From NCBI GenBank assembly GCA_964627525.1, contig CAZVIA010000007.1, positions 1-50,638 of the forward strand: 50,638 nucleotides of DNA, read 5' to 3'. The stretch is from an uncultured Gammaproteobacteria bacterium. Lineage in GTDB: Bacteria; Patescibacteriota; Patescibacteriia; Magasanikbacterales; JBBTQS01. Under the pieces are notes generated by a model. That model was not told the DNA's origin and did not search any database. It saw only the letters and a list, made by a program, of their open reading frames with translations. Position 1 is the first letter of the stretch. The number at the start of each line of letters is the position of its first letter. Of the stretch, positions 1-8,265 are shown piece after piece. A program made the translations under genes and the position numbers.

Positions 1-108
1 AAGACCACTCGGACGCTCGGGTGGTTCTGGAATAGTTTCAAGGTATTCAGCAAAAGTGTCGAAACCAAGAATATCGCCAAACTTTTTGTCCCAGAGGAGT
101 TTGGCTTG
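1..108 (-). repeat. Left copy of terminal inverted repeat (partner 50531-50638)
   Basis: Gapless, 85/108 nt identical; exact blocks CAAGCCAAACTCCTCTGGGACAAAA (25 nt) and GAAACTATTCCAGAACCACC (20 nt). Confidence 0.95.
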
Positions 109-282
109 TTTCTCGCGAACATCACCTGATGCTTCAAAAGTTTGATTTGGATCGTCTATGTCCAAAGTTTGTGATTGAACCACAGATACTAGCCATTCCT
201 CAAAGATGTCTCCCAATCCATGCTTAGACTCCAAATCCAATTGATTTAGTCTTTCCTTTTGCTGATCACTTATACGAGGCAT
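1..282 (-). CDS. Partial hypothetical protein (94 aa visible, runs off the left end); paralog of the gene at 50345-50638
   Basis: Manual translation: MPRISDQQKERLNQLDLESKHGLGDIFEEWLVSVVQSQTLDIDDPNQTFEASGDVREKQAKLLWDKKFGDILGFDTFAEYLETIPEPPERPSGL with no stop before base 1; SD GGGGAGG before ATG; own promoter. Not in the ORF track because it is truncated. Confidence 0.85.
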   Translation of the reverse strand, partial: MPRISDQQKERLNQLDLESKHGLGDIFEEWLVSVVQSQTLDIDDPNQTFEASGDVREKQAKLLWDKKFGDILGFDTFAEYLETIPEPPERPSGL

Positions 283-319
283 AATCCCTCCCCTTTGCCG
301 CGATTTTGTGCGACATCTT

Positions 320-348
320 TTTATATCATTTTTGTTGGAGTTTGTCAA
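320..348 (-). promoter_or_regulatory. Sigma70-type promoter for the left terminal gene
   Basis: Minus strand TTGACA (348-343), 17-nt spacer ending in TGn, TATAAA (325-320). Confidence 0.7.
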
Positions 349-350
349 GC

Positions 351-1082
351 TTATCTTTTTCTTAAAATCTTTAGCTCAGCTTTTTTAATTTTACTAAGCT
401 TTTCAGTTGAAGCTTGCCAAGCAACAGGGGAAATATTTTTTACATGTTTTTTTAAAAATTCCCAAGTTTGTTTTGGGTAGACATGACCGGTTTCTCTTAA
501 ACACCAACCAACTCCTTTTTGGACGTACAAATGATTATCTTTAAGAAGGTTTTTTACTAAGGGTAAGATTTTGTTAATTGGTAGTGCAAGTCGGTTTGGT
601 TTGTAATAAAAAAATAATGAAACCAAAGATTGTCTTCGCTCCCAAGGATTTTTAGAAGAATTCCATTTTTTTAATTGAGGATAAATTTTGTTTGGAAAAT
701 TATTAAGCAGTTCGTTGTATACACCAGACAAGCGATCTGAGTGTTCCCAATTATCCAAGGTTTTTGCCCAAGTTTTTAAAATGCGCCAATGTTTAAGTTT
801 CAAAGATGTGGTATTTTTTTGTAAATAAATTGCAGCACAACTTCGCACTTCATAAACATTTGTTTGTTTCCAAATTTTGTCCCAAGTTACAACAATTTTA
901 TCAAAAGGTTTTTCATAAAAACTAAATTCAGTTTTTTCAACTGTGCGGATTTGTCCAACTCTCAACCCAAGCATTTTTAATTGTAACCCTGGAAAAAAAT
1001 TCATGTCTTGGGTAACAACTTTTGTTTGTTTTGGGTTTGCAAATGGTTTGAGTTTTTTTAAAACTTCGTCTTGGGGTTTCAT
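351..1082 (-). CDS. DNA alkylation repair protein (AlkD-like HEAT-repeat glycosylase family)
   Basis: 243 aa; family hallmarks WAKTLDNWEHSD, WNSSKNPWERRQSLV, YVQKGVGWCLRETG. Confidence 0.85.
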   Translation of the reverse strand: MKPQDEVLKKLKPFANPKQTKVVTQDMNFFPGLQLKMLGLRVGQIRTVEKTEFSFYEKPFDKIVVTWDKIWKQTNVYEVRSCAAIYLQKNTTSLKLKHWRILKTWAKTLDNWEHSDRLSGVYNELLNNFPNKIYPQLKKWNSSKNPWERRQSLVSLFFYYKPNRLALPINKILPLVKNLLKDNHLYVQKGVGWCLRETGHVYPKQTWEFLKKHVKNISPVAWQASTEKLSKIKKAELKILRKR

Positions 1083-1141
1083 GTTTTTAAATTGAATTTT
1101 TAGGTCGAACTTAGATCGAGATTAGATTGTGCTCAAAGGTT

Positions 1142-1636
1142 CTAAATCGAATGCGGTAGTATGTGATAAGCAATTGCACCAAAAGCTACTGAAACATTTA
1201 ACGAACCTTTGTGGCCAAGCATTGGAAGATGTACAGTTTCATGGCATTTTTTTAGTATAGCTGGAGCCACGCCCTTTACTTCGCTACCAACAATTATTGC
1301 CAAAGGAAATTTTGGTTTCCATTTACGATAATCAATGCTGGTTTTGGTTTTTTCCAAAGCCACTATATGATAGCCGTCTTTTTTTAATTTATTTATTAAA
1401 GGACCAGTTGTTTTTTTGCGCTCCCAAGGAATAATTTTTTCAGCTCCTAAGGAAACTTTGTCTACTTGAATTTGGCCAGGTTGTGGAGTCCACCCAGTTA
1501 AATAAATTTTTGAAACACCGATTGCGTCCGCAGTTCTAAAAAACGCTCCTACATTATGTCCAGAGCGGATGTTTGGCAAAATTAAAACAATTTCTTTTTT
1601 TGCGTTTGGTTTTTTCATAATTTTTCTTGCAACCAT
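1142..1636 (-). CDS. TrmH/SpoU-family RNA methyltransferase (SPOUT)
   Basis: Motifs NIRSGHNVGAFFRTAD, IVGSEVKG, SLNVSVA; alternative start at 1618. Confidence 0.9.
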   Translation of the reverse strand: MVARKIMKKPNAKKEIVLILPNIRSGHNVGAFFRTADAIGVSKIYLTGWTPQPGQIQVDKVSLGAEKIIPWERKKTTGPLINKLKKDGYHIVALEKTKTSIDYRKWKPKFPLAIIVGSEVKGVAPAILKKCHETVHLPMLGHKGSLNVSVAFGAIAYHILPHSI

Positions 1637-3027
1637 TTTTTCAAAAATAAAGTAGCTCTCACGTCATCTTCGTTATACTTAATTATATCTTGCAAAACTT
1701 TGCGGTCGCCAGATTCTAACCATTGCTCATACCAAAAAATACTTTGTGCGCCACTTGCTTCTTTTTTACTCCACGTAAATCCCAAGTGTTTACAAATATC
1801 TTTTATAGAATAAAAATATAATGGAAACACAACACACTTTTTTACAACATCAAATAAATCAAATAATTGCTCTTTAAAATAATCCAATTCTTTAGATCCA
1901 CCATATTTTTTTTCCAATGTTGCCATACGACTTTTTTCGTAGGATGCATAATGATAAACAGTGTATTTTTTTGGCAAAGTTTTTAACCACTTCAAAAATT
2001 CACACCACATTTTTTCTTCTTGATCTGGTTGTTCAGCCAAAAAATATTTATATTCACCAGTTTCTTCATCTAAAAACCCAAATAAATATTCTAAACCTAA
2101 TAAAGGGTCACCCTCAATATCAAAATGCAATGATTTGCCAGACTCTGGAATTTCAGGTTTGCTCAAATAATAAATTTCATTGTGAGACAAAGATTCAGCT
2201 TGTGTTTTCATGCGTTCTAGTTTCTCACGACTCATAAATGGAATTTTTGGCAGAGTATTTATATCCATCACAGCTGCATCATCAACAGTGTTTATTCCAG
2301 CCTTGCGTAACAAAGCAATTGATTTGCGATTCACATTATAAACCAATGAAACATCGTTAACATCTTTGACTTGTTTTTTGCATTCTTTTTTCCACGGGCC
2401 TTGCAAACACAATCTAGTAAAAACAAGTTCAGGTTTTTTGCCTAAAAGAATTTGTTCAATTGCGTTTTTTCGTTCTTTAAATTTTGGCAAAAATTCTTTT
2501 GGTTTAAAATAAATTTTTTCATGCTCAATATTTATTATGCCAGCTTTTTTAGGCAAAACATTTTGCAACTTTTTAAGTAAGAGAGAATAAAAAGTTAGTT
2601 GCATTTTGTGGGCTTTTTTTAAAGACTTACTGCTCTTGATATCCAAAGCTTCGTAATAATAATCACCAAAATCAGAAGTGATTTTTTTGCGAACTAACAG
2701 GTCTGGTCTTCCGACCCATTCGCGCCCATCAAATTCACCAACCAAAGCTCCTTGATAAATAGTATCAACACCTTTTTTCATCAGCTCAAGAGTTTTTTTC
2801 GTTGCTTGTGAAATGTTTTTTGATTTAACCCATTCAAAATTTTTGTCTTTAATAAATTTTTTAATATATTCCTCTTCATGAACAACACCTTGCTCTAGTA
2901 GTTTTTCCATGAGTTCAGGAAGTTCACCTTTTTTGCTTTGGTCTCCAAATAAATCAAACCACACCCAGTGCGGACAAAATTCATACTGGTAAAACATTTG
3001 TGAAGTAAGATGTGGTTTTTTGGTCAT
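1615..3027 (-). CDS. TM0106-family RecB-like (PD-(D/E)xK) nuclease with C-terminal RNase H-like domain
   Basis: N-terminal GRPDLL...YEALDIKSS nuclease motif, central HhH-like segment, C-terminal FDIEGDP...YHYASYE...YSIKDI...YNEDDVRAT; ATG at 3027 preferred over TTG at 3048. Confidence 0.85.
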   Translation of the reverse strand: MTKKPHLTSQMFYQYEFCPHWVWFDLFGDQSKKGELPELMEKLLEQGVVHEEEYIKKFIKDKNFEWVKSKNISQATKKTLELMKKGVDTIYQGALVGEFDGREWVGRPDLLVRKKITSDFGDYYYEALDIKSSKSLKKAHKMQLTFYSLLLKKLQNVLPKKAGIINIEHEKIYFKPKEFLPKFKERKNAIEQILLGKKPELVFTRLCLQGPWKKECKKQVKDVNDVSLVYNVNRKSIALLRKAGINTVDDAAVMDINTLPKIPFMSREKLERMKTQAESLSHNEIYYLSKPEIPESGKSLHFDIEGDPLLGLEYLFGFLDEETGEYKYFLAEQPDQEEKMWCEFLKWLKTLPKKYTVYHYASYEKSRMATLEKKYGGSKELDYFKEQLFDLFDVVKKCVVFPLYFYSIKDICKHLGFTWSKKEASGAQSIFWYEQWLESGDRKVLQDIIKYNEDDVRATLFLKKWLQEKL

Positions 3028-3059
3028 TAAAAAATTTTTCAATTTCAAATCTGATCAAT

Positions 3060-3728
3060 CTAAAATTTCATAAAAGCATCCCATTTTTTCCAAAGTTCTG
3101 AAGTTGCCTTTACATCACCCCAACAGTATTTTGCAATTTCAACATAATTACCTTGTGCATATTGATCTCTAACTTGATCACCAGACATGCCAGCTTCTTT
3201 TGGACTGGTAATTCCAAATGCACGAGTAAAAGTATCTAAATTATATTTACGAGATGCTCCATAAAAAGTCATTTGATCTAATAGGTCGCAATGAGTTTTG
3301 TGATCATAGCGATAAGGAACCAAATTTTTTGTGGATTTAATTCCATGAATAGCTGAACGCAACATTAATACTGGTCCATCAAAACCACGACCATTAAAAG
3401 AAATAACCTGATCAAAATGTTTTATGTCATCCCAAAACATTTGTAAGATTTGTTTTTCATTTCCACAAATAAATTCCGCACCATCTTCTTCAAAAGAATC
3501 CAAGGTTTGGTCGCCAGCACTAAAGTATACTTTACCTTTGCCAGTGTGTGGGTTTGCCATTGCAATTGTCACAACATTACAAAAAGGTGCAAACAATCCT
3601 AACTTACCTTTGGTTTCTTCGCGATCTTCATCTGTTTCATCACGCTTGTGTAAATAATTTTTTTGATCTTCAGAAAGTTCGTCATAATTTACTCCAATTG
3701 TTTCAATGTCAAAAACTATTGATGCCAT
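3060..3728 (-). CDS. Stand-alone PolB-like 3'-5' exonuclease (DEDDy)
   Basis: Exo I VFDIET, Exo II FNGRGFD, Exo III YCWGDV. Confidence 0.85.
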   Translation of the reverse strand: MASIVFDIETIGVNYDELSEDQKNYLHKRDETDEDREETKGKLGLFAPFCNVVTIAMANPHTGKGKVYFSAGDQTLDSFEEDGAEFICGNEKQILQMFWDDIKHFDQVISFNGRGFDGPVLMLRSAIHGIKSTKNLVPYRYDHKTHCDLLDQMTFYGASRKYNLDTFTRAFGITSPKEAGMSGDQVRDQYAQGNYVEIAKYCWGDVKATSELWKKWDAFMKF

Positions 3729-3838
3729 ATTTTTTCGGTTAATTCTTTTGCTTAATTTAAGTTTAGCTTACACCTTTTATGGATTGGGCTCAAGTTATGG
3801 TGGGGGAGAATCATGTTGGCAGCACTTGTTGTTCAAGG

Positions 3839-3867
3839 TTGACGGTACACATAATTTAATGTAAAAT
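3839..3867 (+). promoter_or_regulatory. Promoter for tRNA-Gly(TCC)
   Basis: TTGACG-17 nt-TAAAAT, about 37 nt upstream of the tRNA. Confidence 0.6.
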
Positions 3868-3904
3868 AACTAGCGACTGGTAGTTTTAAATAATAGTCCA
3901 ATTC

Positions 3905-3980
3905 GCGGGTATAGTATAACGGCTTATTATGCCAGCCTTCCAAGCTGGAGATACGGGTTCGATTCCCGTTACCCGCTCCA
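3905..3980 (+). tRNA. tRNA-Gly (anticodon TCC), CCA encoded
   Basis: Acceptor GCGGGTA/TACCCGC, anticodon arm CCAGC-CTTCCAA-GCTGG, T-loop GGTTCGATTCC, ends TCCA. Confidence 0.95.
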
Positions 3981-4020
3981 AAACAAAAGAATAACCCCTT
4001 TGGGTTATTCTTTTGTTTTG
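3979..4020 (+). terminator. Perfect 19-bp hairpin directly after tRNA-Gly
   Basis: CAAAACAAAAGAATAACCC-CTTT-GGGTTATTCTTTTGTTTTG. Confidence 0.75.
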
Positions 4021-4022
4021 TT

Positions 4023-4194
4023 GAGTCGGGTAGGGGGTCGAACGGGCACGAGCGAGACAAGTTCTGAACTGGTTTGGTCCAGTTCAGAACAAAGTCGAGC
4101 GACAAATGATTCGAGCTGGTGTAGGGTTGTTTTGTGCCCAGGACAACGAAGCTTTTGCGGAAGCAAAAGCAAGGCGGAAGTCCTGTTACCCGCT
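4023..4194. repeat. Structured non-coding element bounded by copies of the tRNA-Gly 3' end
   Basis: 4023-4043 is an imperfect inverted copy of the tRNA T-loop/acceptor end; 4182-4194 CCTGTTACCCGCT is a 12/13 direct copy of 3965-3977; internal hairpins at 4061-4090 (12 bp) and 4151-4170 (8 bp, GGAA loop). Confidence 0.6.
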
Positions 4195-4243
4195 TTCTGC
4201 TTAGTTACTATCGAAAGATAATTTTGTTTTTAAAACAAAAATC

Positions 4244-4292
4244 CGCCCCAATGTGCTAAATCGGTTAGGACTTTTGCACATCGCAGGCGGTG
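4244..4292 (-). terminator. Probable terminator of the 5076-start transcript
   Basis: Minus strand CCGCC..ATGTGC...GCACAT..GGCGG followed by ATTTTTGTTTTT. Confidence 0.45.
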
Positions 4293-4497
4293 TTGGTTTA
4301 GTTGATGTCCTCTTTGAGGAGTACATCCTGATTTAGTTTCATGAGGTTCTTAACCTCAATCATTCGTGAAGAATTTACACCTTGCAAATCCGCGCACTTG
4401 GAGAATAGCGTAGCTTTCGGGTCGATTAGTAGGTATGCTTGCGTCCAGACATGGGCTGTTCTTTTGTTGTTGGGCCTTGGGGAAGACCACTCTGTTG

Positions 4498-5076
4498 CTA
4501 GCTGAGAGTTTCAACTTCGCGTTTGGTGATCTCCCCAAGCATGTCGAGCTCCCACAACTCGGCTGCTCGGGGATTTTCGGGATGAAGGTATCGTCCAAGT
4601 TGTTGAAGGAAGTGGTGGAGCCTCTCGTCCTGGGAAACAATTTCCCCCAAGGTGTTTATAAAGTTAATGGTTTGTTTGGGAGTGCATACACCACCATCAA
4701 ACCCCATGGAATTTCTTCGCTGAAGGTGGATACACAGAACACCGCGTATCCAATTGTCTGCCGGGTGGTGGGGTCGTGAGGTTTCGCTGTAGCTAGGGCA
4801 CTGATCGCACATGCGTCGTACTTCAAGTAGTGCTCTTTCAAACGCCTGAACCATGAAAATATCGAACACAGGATTGTCCAGAGTGCGTATGACCTGTGGT
4901 TTGTTGCTGAACCAGTAGTTGAACCTGTTGAAGACAGGATCCCATAGTTGATCCAACCATTCTTCAAAGGTGAATGGTTGCTTCCTGTTCACAAGCTCTT
5001 GGAATGCTCCAGAGAAGAATGTGAGCATTTTGATCAGCACCTGGGTTTCCTCAATCATCTTGTCTGTGTTATTCAT
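4498..5076 (-). CDS. Hypothetical protein (GC-richer ORFan), possibly frameshifted at the 3' end
   Basis: ORF track 4498-5139; ATG 5076 has an AAGGA SD and lies downstream of the promoter at 5170-5143; no recognisable motif. Confidence 0.65.
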   Translation of the reverse strand: MNNTDKMIEETQVLIKMLTFFSGAFQELVNRKQPFTFEEWLDQLWDPVFNRFNYWFSNKPQVIRTLDNPVFDIFMVQAFERALLEVRRMCDQCPSYSETSRPHHPADNWIRGVLCIHLQRRNSMGFDGGVCTPKQTINFINTLGEIVSQDERLHHFLQQLGRYLHPENPRAAELWELDMLGEITKREVETLS

Positions 5077-5142
5077 CTTTATTTCCTTCTTGCTTGTTTC
5101 AGTGTTTTTGTAGAGATCATCAAACCTATTGTTTGACAATTT

Positions 5143-5237
5143 AGTATACCAAAAAACTCTTAGTTGTCAACCTAAAATATAGTAATTTGGTATATTTTGA
5201 CAAAAACCTTGACAAATAAGGATAAAAATGGTATAAT
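5143..5237. promoter_or_regulatory. Divergent promoters
   Basis: Plus strand perfect TTGACA(5209-5214)-17-TATAAT(5232-5237); minus strand TTGACA(5170-5165)-16-TATACT; extra TTGACA boxes at 5197 and 5243. Confidence 0.8.
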
Positions 5238-5270
5238 TAATATTGACAAAATATGTAAAACATATAAAAT

Positions 5271-6026
5271 ATGGAAAATAACTATTTTGAACAGTTAAAA
5301 ACACTAGGGTTAACTAATTCACAAATAAAGATTTATCTATTTTTATTACAAAATGGTTTATCTAGCCCTCCTCAAATAGCAAAAGCAACTGGAATTGCGC
5401 GTACAAATTGTTACAATATTTTGCAAGATCTTGAATTTCAAGGTCTTATTATGGTTAATCAAAATAATAATAAAAAAGAATACATAGCAAAAGATCCAGA
5501 ATCCTTACTTCAGACAATTCAACAAAAAAAAGAGACGATACAGCAGATTTTACCTGACTTAAGATCTCTTTATACTACACAAAAAAATAAACCATCAATT
5601 CAGTTTTATGATGGGTGGGATCAAGTGCAACAAATTTATTGGCAAGCAACAACATCAAAAGAAATTTATGCAATTGGAAGTACTAAGCGTTTGGTAGATA
5701 TAGATGCAAAGTTTTTTAATAAGTTTGAGAAGCGACTTGCTGAGCTGGGTGTTGTTTTAAATGATATTGTTACGCCTGATTCTTCAGAAATTGCTTTGAC
5801 AACAAAAGAAGTTTTAAAAGGGTTGTACTCTCACAAGACCCTTCCTTTGCAAAAAGGTGATTTGTTAACAGACGTGCTTATTTGGGATGATAATATTGCT
5901 TTGGTGACTCTTAAAAAACCGATTTTTGGCACAGTGATAACTAATAAAGAAATTGCAAAAACATTTAAAATTTTCTTTAAACTAATTTGGAAAGGTGCAA
6001 TTGACAAAACCAATCACACAAGATAA
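5271..6026 (+). CDS. TrmB-family transcriptional regulator
   Basis: N-terminal winged HTH LGLTNSQIKIYLFLL...IAKATGIARTNCYNILQDL; C-terminal effector domain ending IWDDNIALVT...FKIFFKLIW. Confidence 0.85.
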   Translation: MENNYFEQLKTLGLTNSQIKIYLFLLQNGLSSPPQIAKATGIARTNCYNILQDLEFQGLIMVNQNNNKKEYIAKDPESLLQTIQQKKETIQQILPDLRSLYTTQKNKPSIQFYDGWDQVQQIYWQATTSKEIYAIGSTKRLVDIDAKFFNKFEKRLAELGVVLNDIVTPDSSEIALTTKEVLKGLYSHKTLPLQKGDLLTDVLIWDDNIALVTLKKPIFGTVITNKEIAKTFKIFFKLIWKGAIDKTNHTR

Positions 6027-6049
6027 ACTTAAGATGAACTTTAAATACT

Positions 6050-6265
6050 ATGTATAATACAATTGGATTAAAAGAATTTCGGGAAAATGTAGATAAATTT
6101 GCTAAATTGATTGCAAAAGGCAAATCTTATGTTGTAATGCGAAAAAATAAACCTTTATTTAAATTATCTGCTGTAGAAGATGAGTCAGAGTGGGAAACCG
6201 TGATAGATTTTACAAAAATTAAAAAAGGCGGTGTAGACATTGATGATGTGTTGGCAAGACTTTAA
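6050..6265 (+). CDS. Phd/YefM-family antitoxin
   Basis: 71 aa; IGLKEFREN...KGKSYVVMRKNKPLFKL pattern; upstream of a RelE-like gene; candidate promoter TTGACA(6001)-17-TAAACT. Confidence 0.8.
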   Translation: MYNTIGLKEFRENVDKFAKLIAKGKSYVVMRKNKPLFKLSAVEDESEWETVIDFTKIKKGGVDIDDVLARL

Positions 6266-6267
6266 AT

Positions 6268-6522
6268 ATGGATAAGATAGATAAGGTATTAGCCAAATTA
6301 TCTGAAAAAGAGAAAAAACAAATTAAACAACTTTTTCAGAAAATTAAAGCAAATGATTTTTTAGGATTAGATGTGAAAAAGTTGCGCGGTTACAATAATA
6401 TATATAGAATAAAAAAAGGTCAGTTGCGTATTATTTATCAAACAATTGAACTAGATAAAATAAAACTTGTTGGTTTGAGTCGCAGATCTGAAAACATATA
6501 CAAAAAGAAATTAACCCAATGA
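6268..6522 (+). CDS. RelE/ParE-family toxin
   Basis: 84 aa, basic; DVKKLRG...YRIKKGQLRIIY motif. Confidence 0.8.
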   Translation: MDKIDKVLAKLSEKEKKQIKQLFQKIKANDFLGLDVKKLRGYNNIYRIKKGQLRIIYQTIELDKIKLVGLSRRSENIYKKKLTQ

Positions 6523-7619
6523 TTTTCCGAATAAAATTTTTAAAAACCATATACAAAGGATTGGCTAAGCCAATTTTGTTTAGGTTTGATCCAGAAAAAG
6601 TTCATGATCAGGCGATTAAGTCTGGAGAGTTTTTTGGTAAAAACTTTTTGGGTAAAGGTTTTGTAAATCTGTGGTGTAAATATAAAAATAAAAAATTAAC
6701 CCAAATTATAGATGGTGTTGAATATTCAAATCCAGTTGGGTTGGCTGCTGGTTTTGATAAAAATGCTAAAATGCTTAATATTTTGCCGGAAGTTGGTTTT
6801 GGTTTTGTAGAAATCGGTTCAATATCTGCAATGCCTTGTGAAGGAAATTCAAAACCTCGTTTGTGGCGTTTAAAAAAACACAAAGCATTGCGAGTGAATT
6901 ATGGTTTATCAAATGATGGTGCAGAAATAATTTCAAAAAGAATTAAAACAAGTAATTCTGAAATTCCAGTTGGGGTTAGTATTGCAAGAACTAATTGTGT
7001 TGAGACTGGAACTCTTGGCGCAGGCATAAGAGATTATGTAAAATCATACATGCTTTTAAGGGATTGCGGAGCATATCATACTATAAATATTAGCTGTCCA
7101 AATGTTGCAAATAATACTACGTTTTTAGATCCAGAAAATTTGCGGGAACTTTTAAATGCTTTGCAACAAATTAGAATTGCAAAACCAATGTATGTAAAAA
7201 TTTCTCCAGACCTGGATGTAGGTCAGCTAGATAAAATTATTGATCTTGCAATCGAGTTTAAATTAAATGGAATTATTTGTAGTAACTTAACAAAGAAAAA
7301 ATTTGTTACAGATCAGTTTGAGGGAAGTGGGGGAATTAGTGGTTCATTTGTTTCTGACTCTTCAATAAATCAAATTAAATACATCTACAAAAAAACCAAT
7401 GGACAGATCACATTGATTGCATGTGGTGGAGTTCAATCTCCACAAGATGCTTATGATAGAATAAAAGCTGGTGCATCTTTGGTTCAGTTAATTACTGGAA
7501 TGATTTATCATGGACCGCAACTTGTTTCAGAGATAAATCATGGTTTGGTCAGACTGCTTGAACAAGATGGTTTAAATCACATTTCTCAAGCAGTAGGTCT
7601 AAGTATTAGAAATAATTAG
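6519..7619 (+). CDS. pyrD: Dihydroorotate dehydrogenase, class 2 (quinone-type)
   Basis: DPEKVHD N-terminus, NPVGLAAGFDKN, GFGFVEIGS, INISCPN, VKISPD, GGISG, GASLVQL; ATGA overlap with the toxin gene. Confidence 0.92.
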   Translation: MIFRIKFLKTIYKGLAKPILFRFDPEKVHDQAIKSGEFFGKNFLGKGFVNLWCKYKNKKLTQIIDGVEYSNPVGLAAGFDKNAKMLNILPEVGFGFVEIGSISAMPCEGNSKPRLWRLKKHKALRVNYGLSNDGAEIISKRIKTSNSEIPVGVSIARTNCVETGTLGAGIRDYVKSYMLLRDCGAYHTINISCPNVANNTTFLDPENLRELLNALQQIRIAKPMYVKISPDLDVGQLDKIIDLAIEFKLNGIICSNLTKKKFVTDQFEGSGGISGSFVSDSSINQIKYIYKKTNGQITLIACGGVQSPQDAYDRIKAGASLVQLITGMIYHGPQLVSEINHGLVRLLEQDGLNHISQAVGLSIRNN

Positions 7620-7814
7620 ACCTAAAACAGTTCAGATTCATTATTGTGCCCTTTTTGTGCAACACAAGCACCAGATGGAAACGGCTCTTTTGCTGCACAA
7701 ATAAGGCATAATTAGTGGACTTCTTAATCTAGCACAACTCACAGAATTTGTCAAGTCGTTGATTGACAGATTCTTATTTTTTGGCTTATTTAAGCTAAAT
7801 TTAGCACAAAACAC

Positions 7815-7843
7815 TTGACAAAATCACCCAAATATGCTATGAT
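7815..7843 (+). promoter_or_regulatory. Promoter for the candidate ncRNA
   Basis: TTGACA(7815-7820)-17-TATGAT(7838-7843). Confidence 0.75.
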
Positions 7844-7849
7844 GATATC

Positions 7850-8265
7850 TTCTTGTTTAGTGTGCCAAGCATGCAGAATAAGAAGGCTGCAGACTTCGTG
7901 TCTGTGGTGTGCGTTTAGTAAGAGCCCTTGTTTTAAAACCAGTTAGCCCTGGTAAAGAGGGAAAGCCAAAGGCCTGGGAGAGAAGCGATGGGAAGCTGCT
8001 AATCAACTTGAATTAGGAATTCGGGGAGATGCAGCCGTCAAACACCTGACAGAGGTCAGGTAACACTAGCGTGGTGATTAGAAGAAGTTTGGAATAAGCT
8101 ACCAGTGACGCCACGCAAGAGGGTTGGGGCGCCAGAAGACGCCATTGACGGAAGTACAACGATTGAAAAAGGGCTGGTCGCGAGCGGTAAAACGCCCGCG
8201 ACCAGCCCGAACCATTCCTTGTCAACTTCCAAAAATTTAGGTGAGCAATAACTGCCACCTTATTT
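7850..8265 (+). ncRNA. Candidate large structured ncRNA of unrecognised family
   Basis: GC-richer 415-nt stretch with no plus-strand ORF of 60 aa or more, upstream promoter, downstream terminator (8239-8270), and several local and long-range helices. Confidence 0.6.
8171..8208 (-). terminator. Strong hairpin; intrinsic terminator for the minus-strand TrmB gene (lies within the candidate ncRNA)
   Basis: GGGCTGGTCGCG...CGCGACCAGCCC 12-bp stem; followed by TTTTTC on the minus strand. Confidence 0.65.

Noticed and set aside
5133-5251. TTGACA box array as a dedicated operator
   Set aside because: It can be explained by overlapping divergent -35 elements in very AT-rich DNA; the TTTTGACAAAA palindrome alone is too weak.
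7643-7712. SRP (4.5S) RNA
   Set aside because: GGAA is present but the conserved CAGG/AGCA symmetric loop is not.
8171-8208. Group II intron domain V
   Set aside because: No 2-nt bulge or GNRA loop geometry, no D6 or RT; a U-tract on the minus strand fits a terminator.
7850-8265. tmRNA, RNase P RNA or cobalamin riboswitch identity for the candidate ncRNA
   Set aside because: No GGTTCGA T-arm or CCACCA end; GAGGGAAAGCC only loosely resembles RNase P CR I and no matching CR V is present; GGGAAG and GCCAGAAGAC fragments occur but GCAACTGT/GCCACTG do not, and there is no downstream sense gene.
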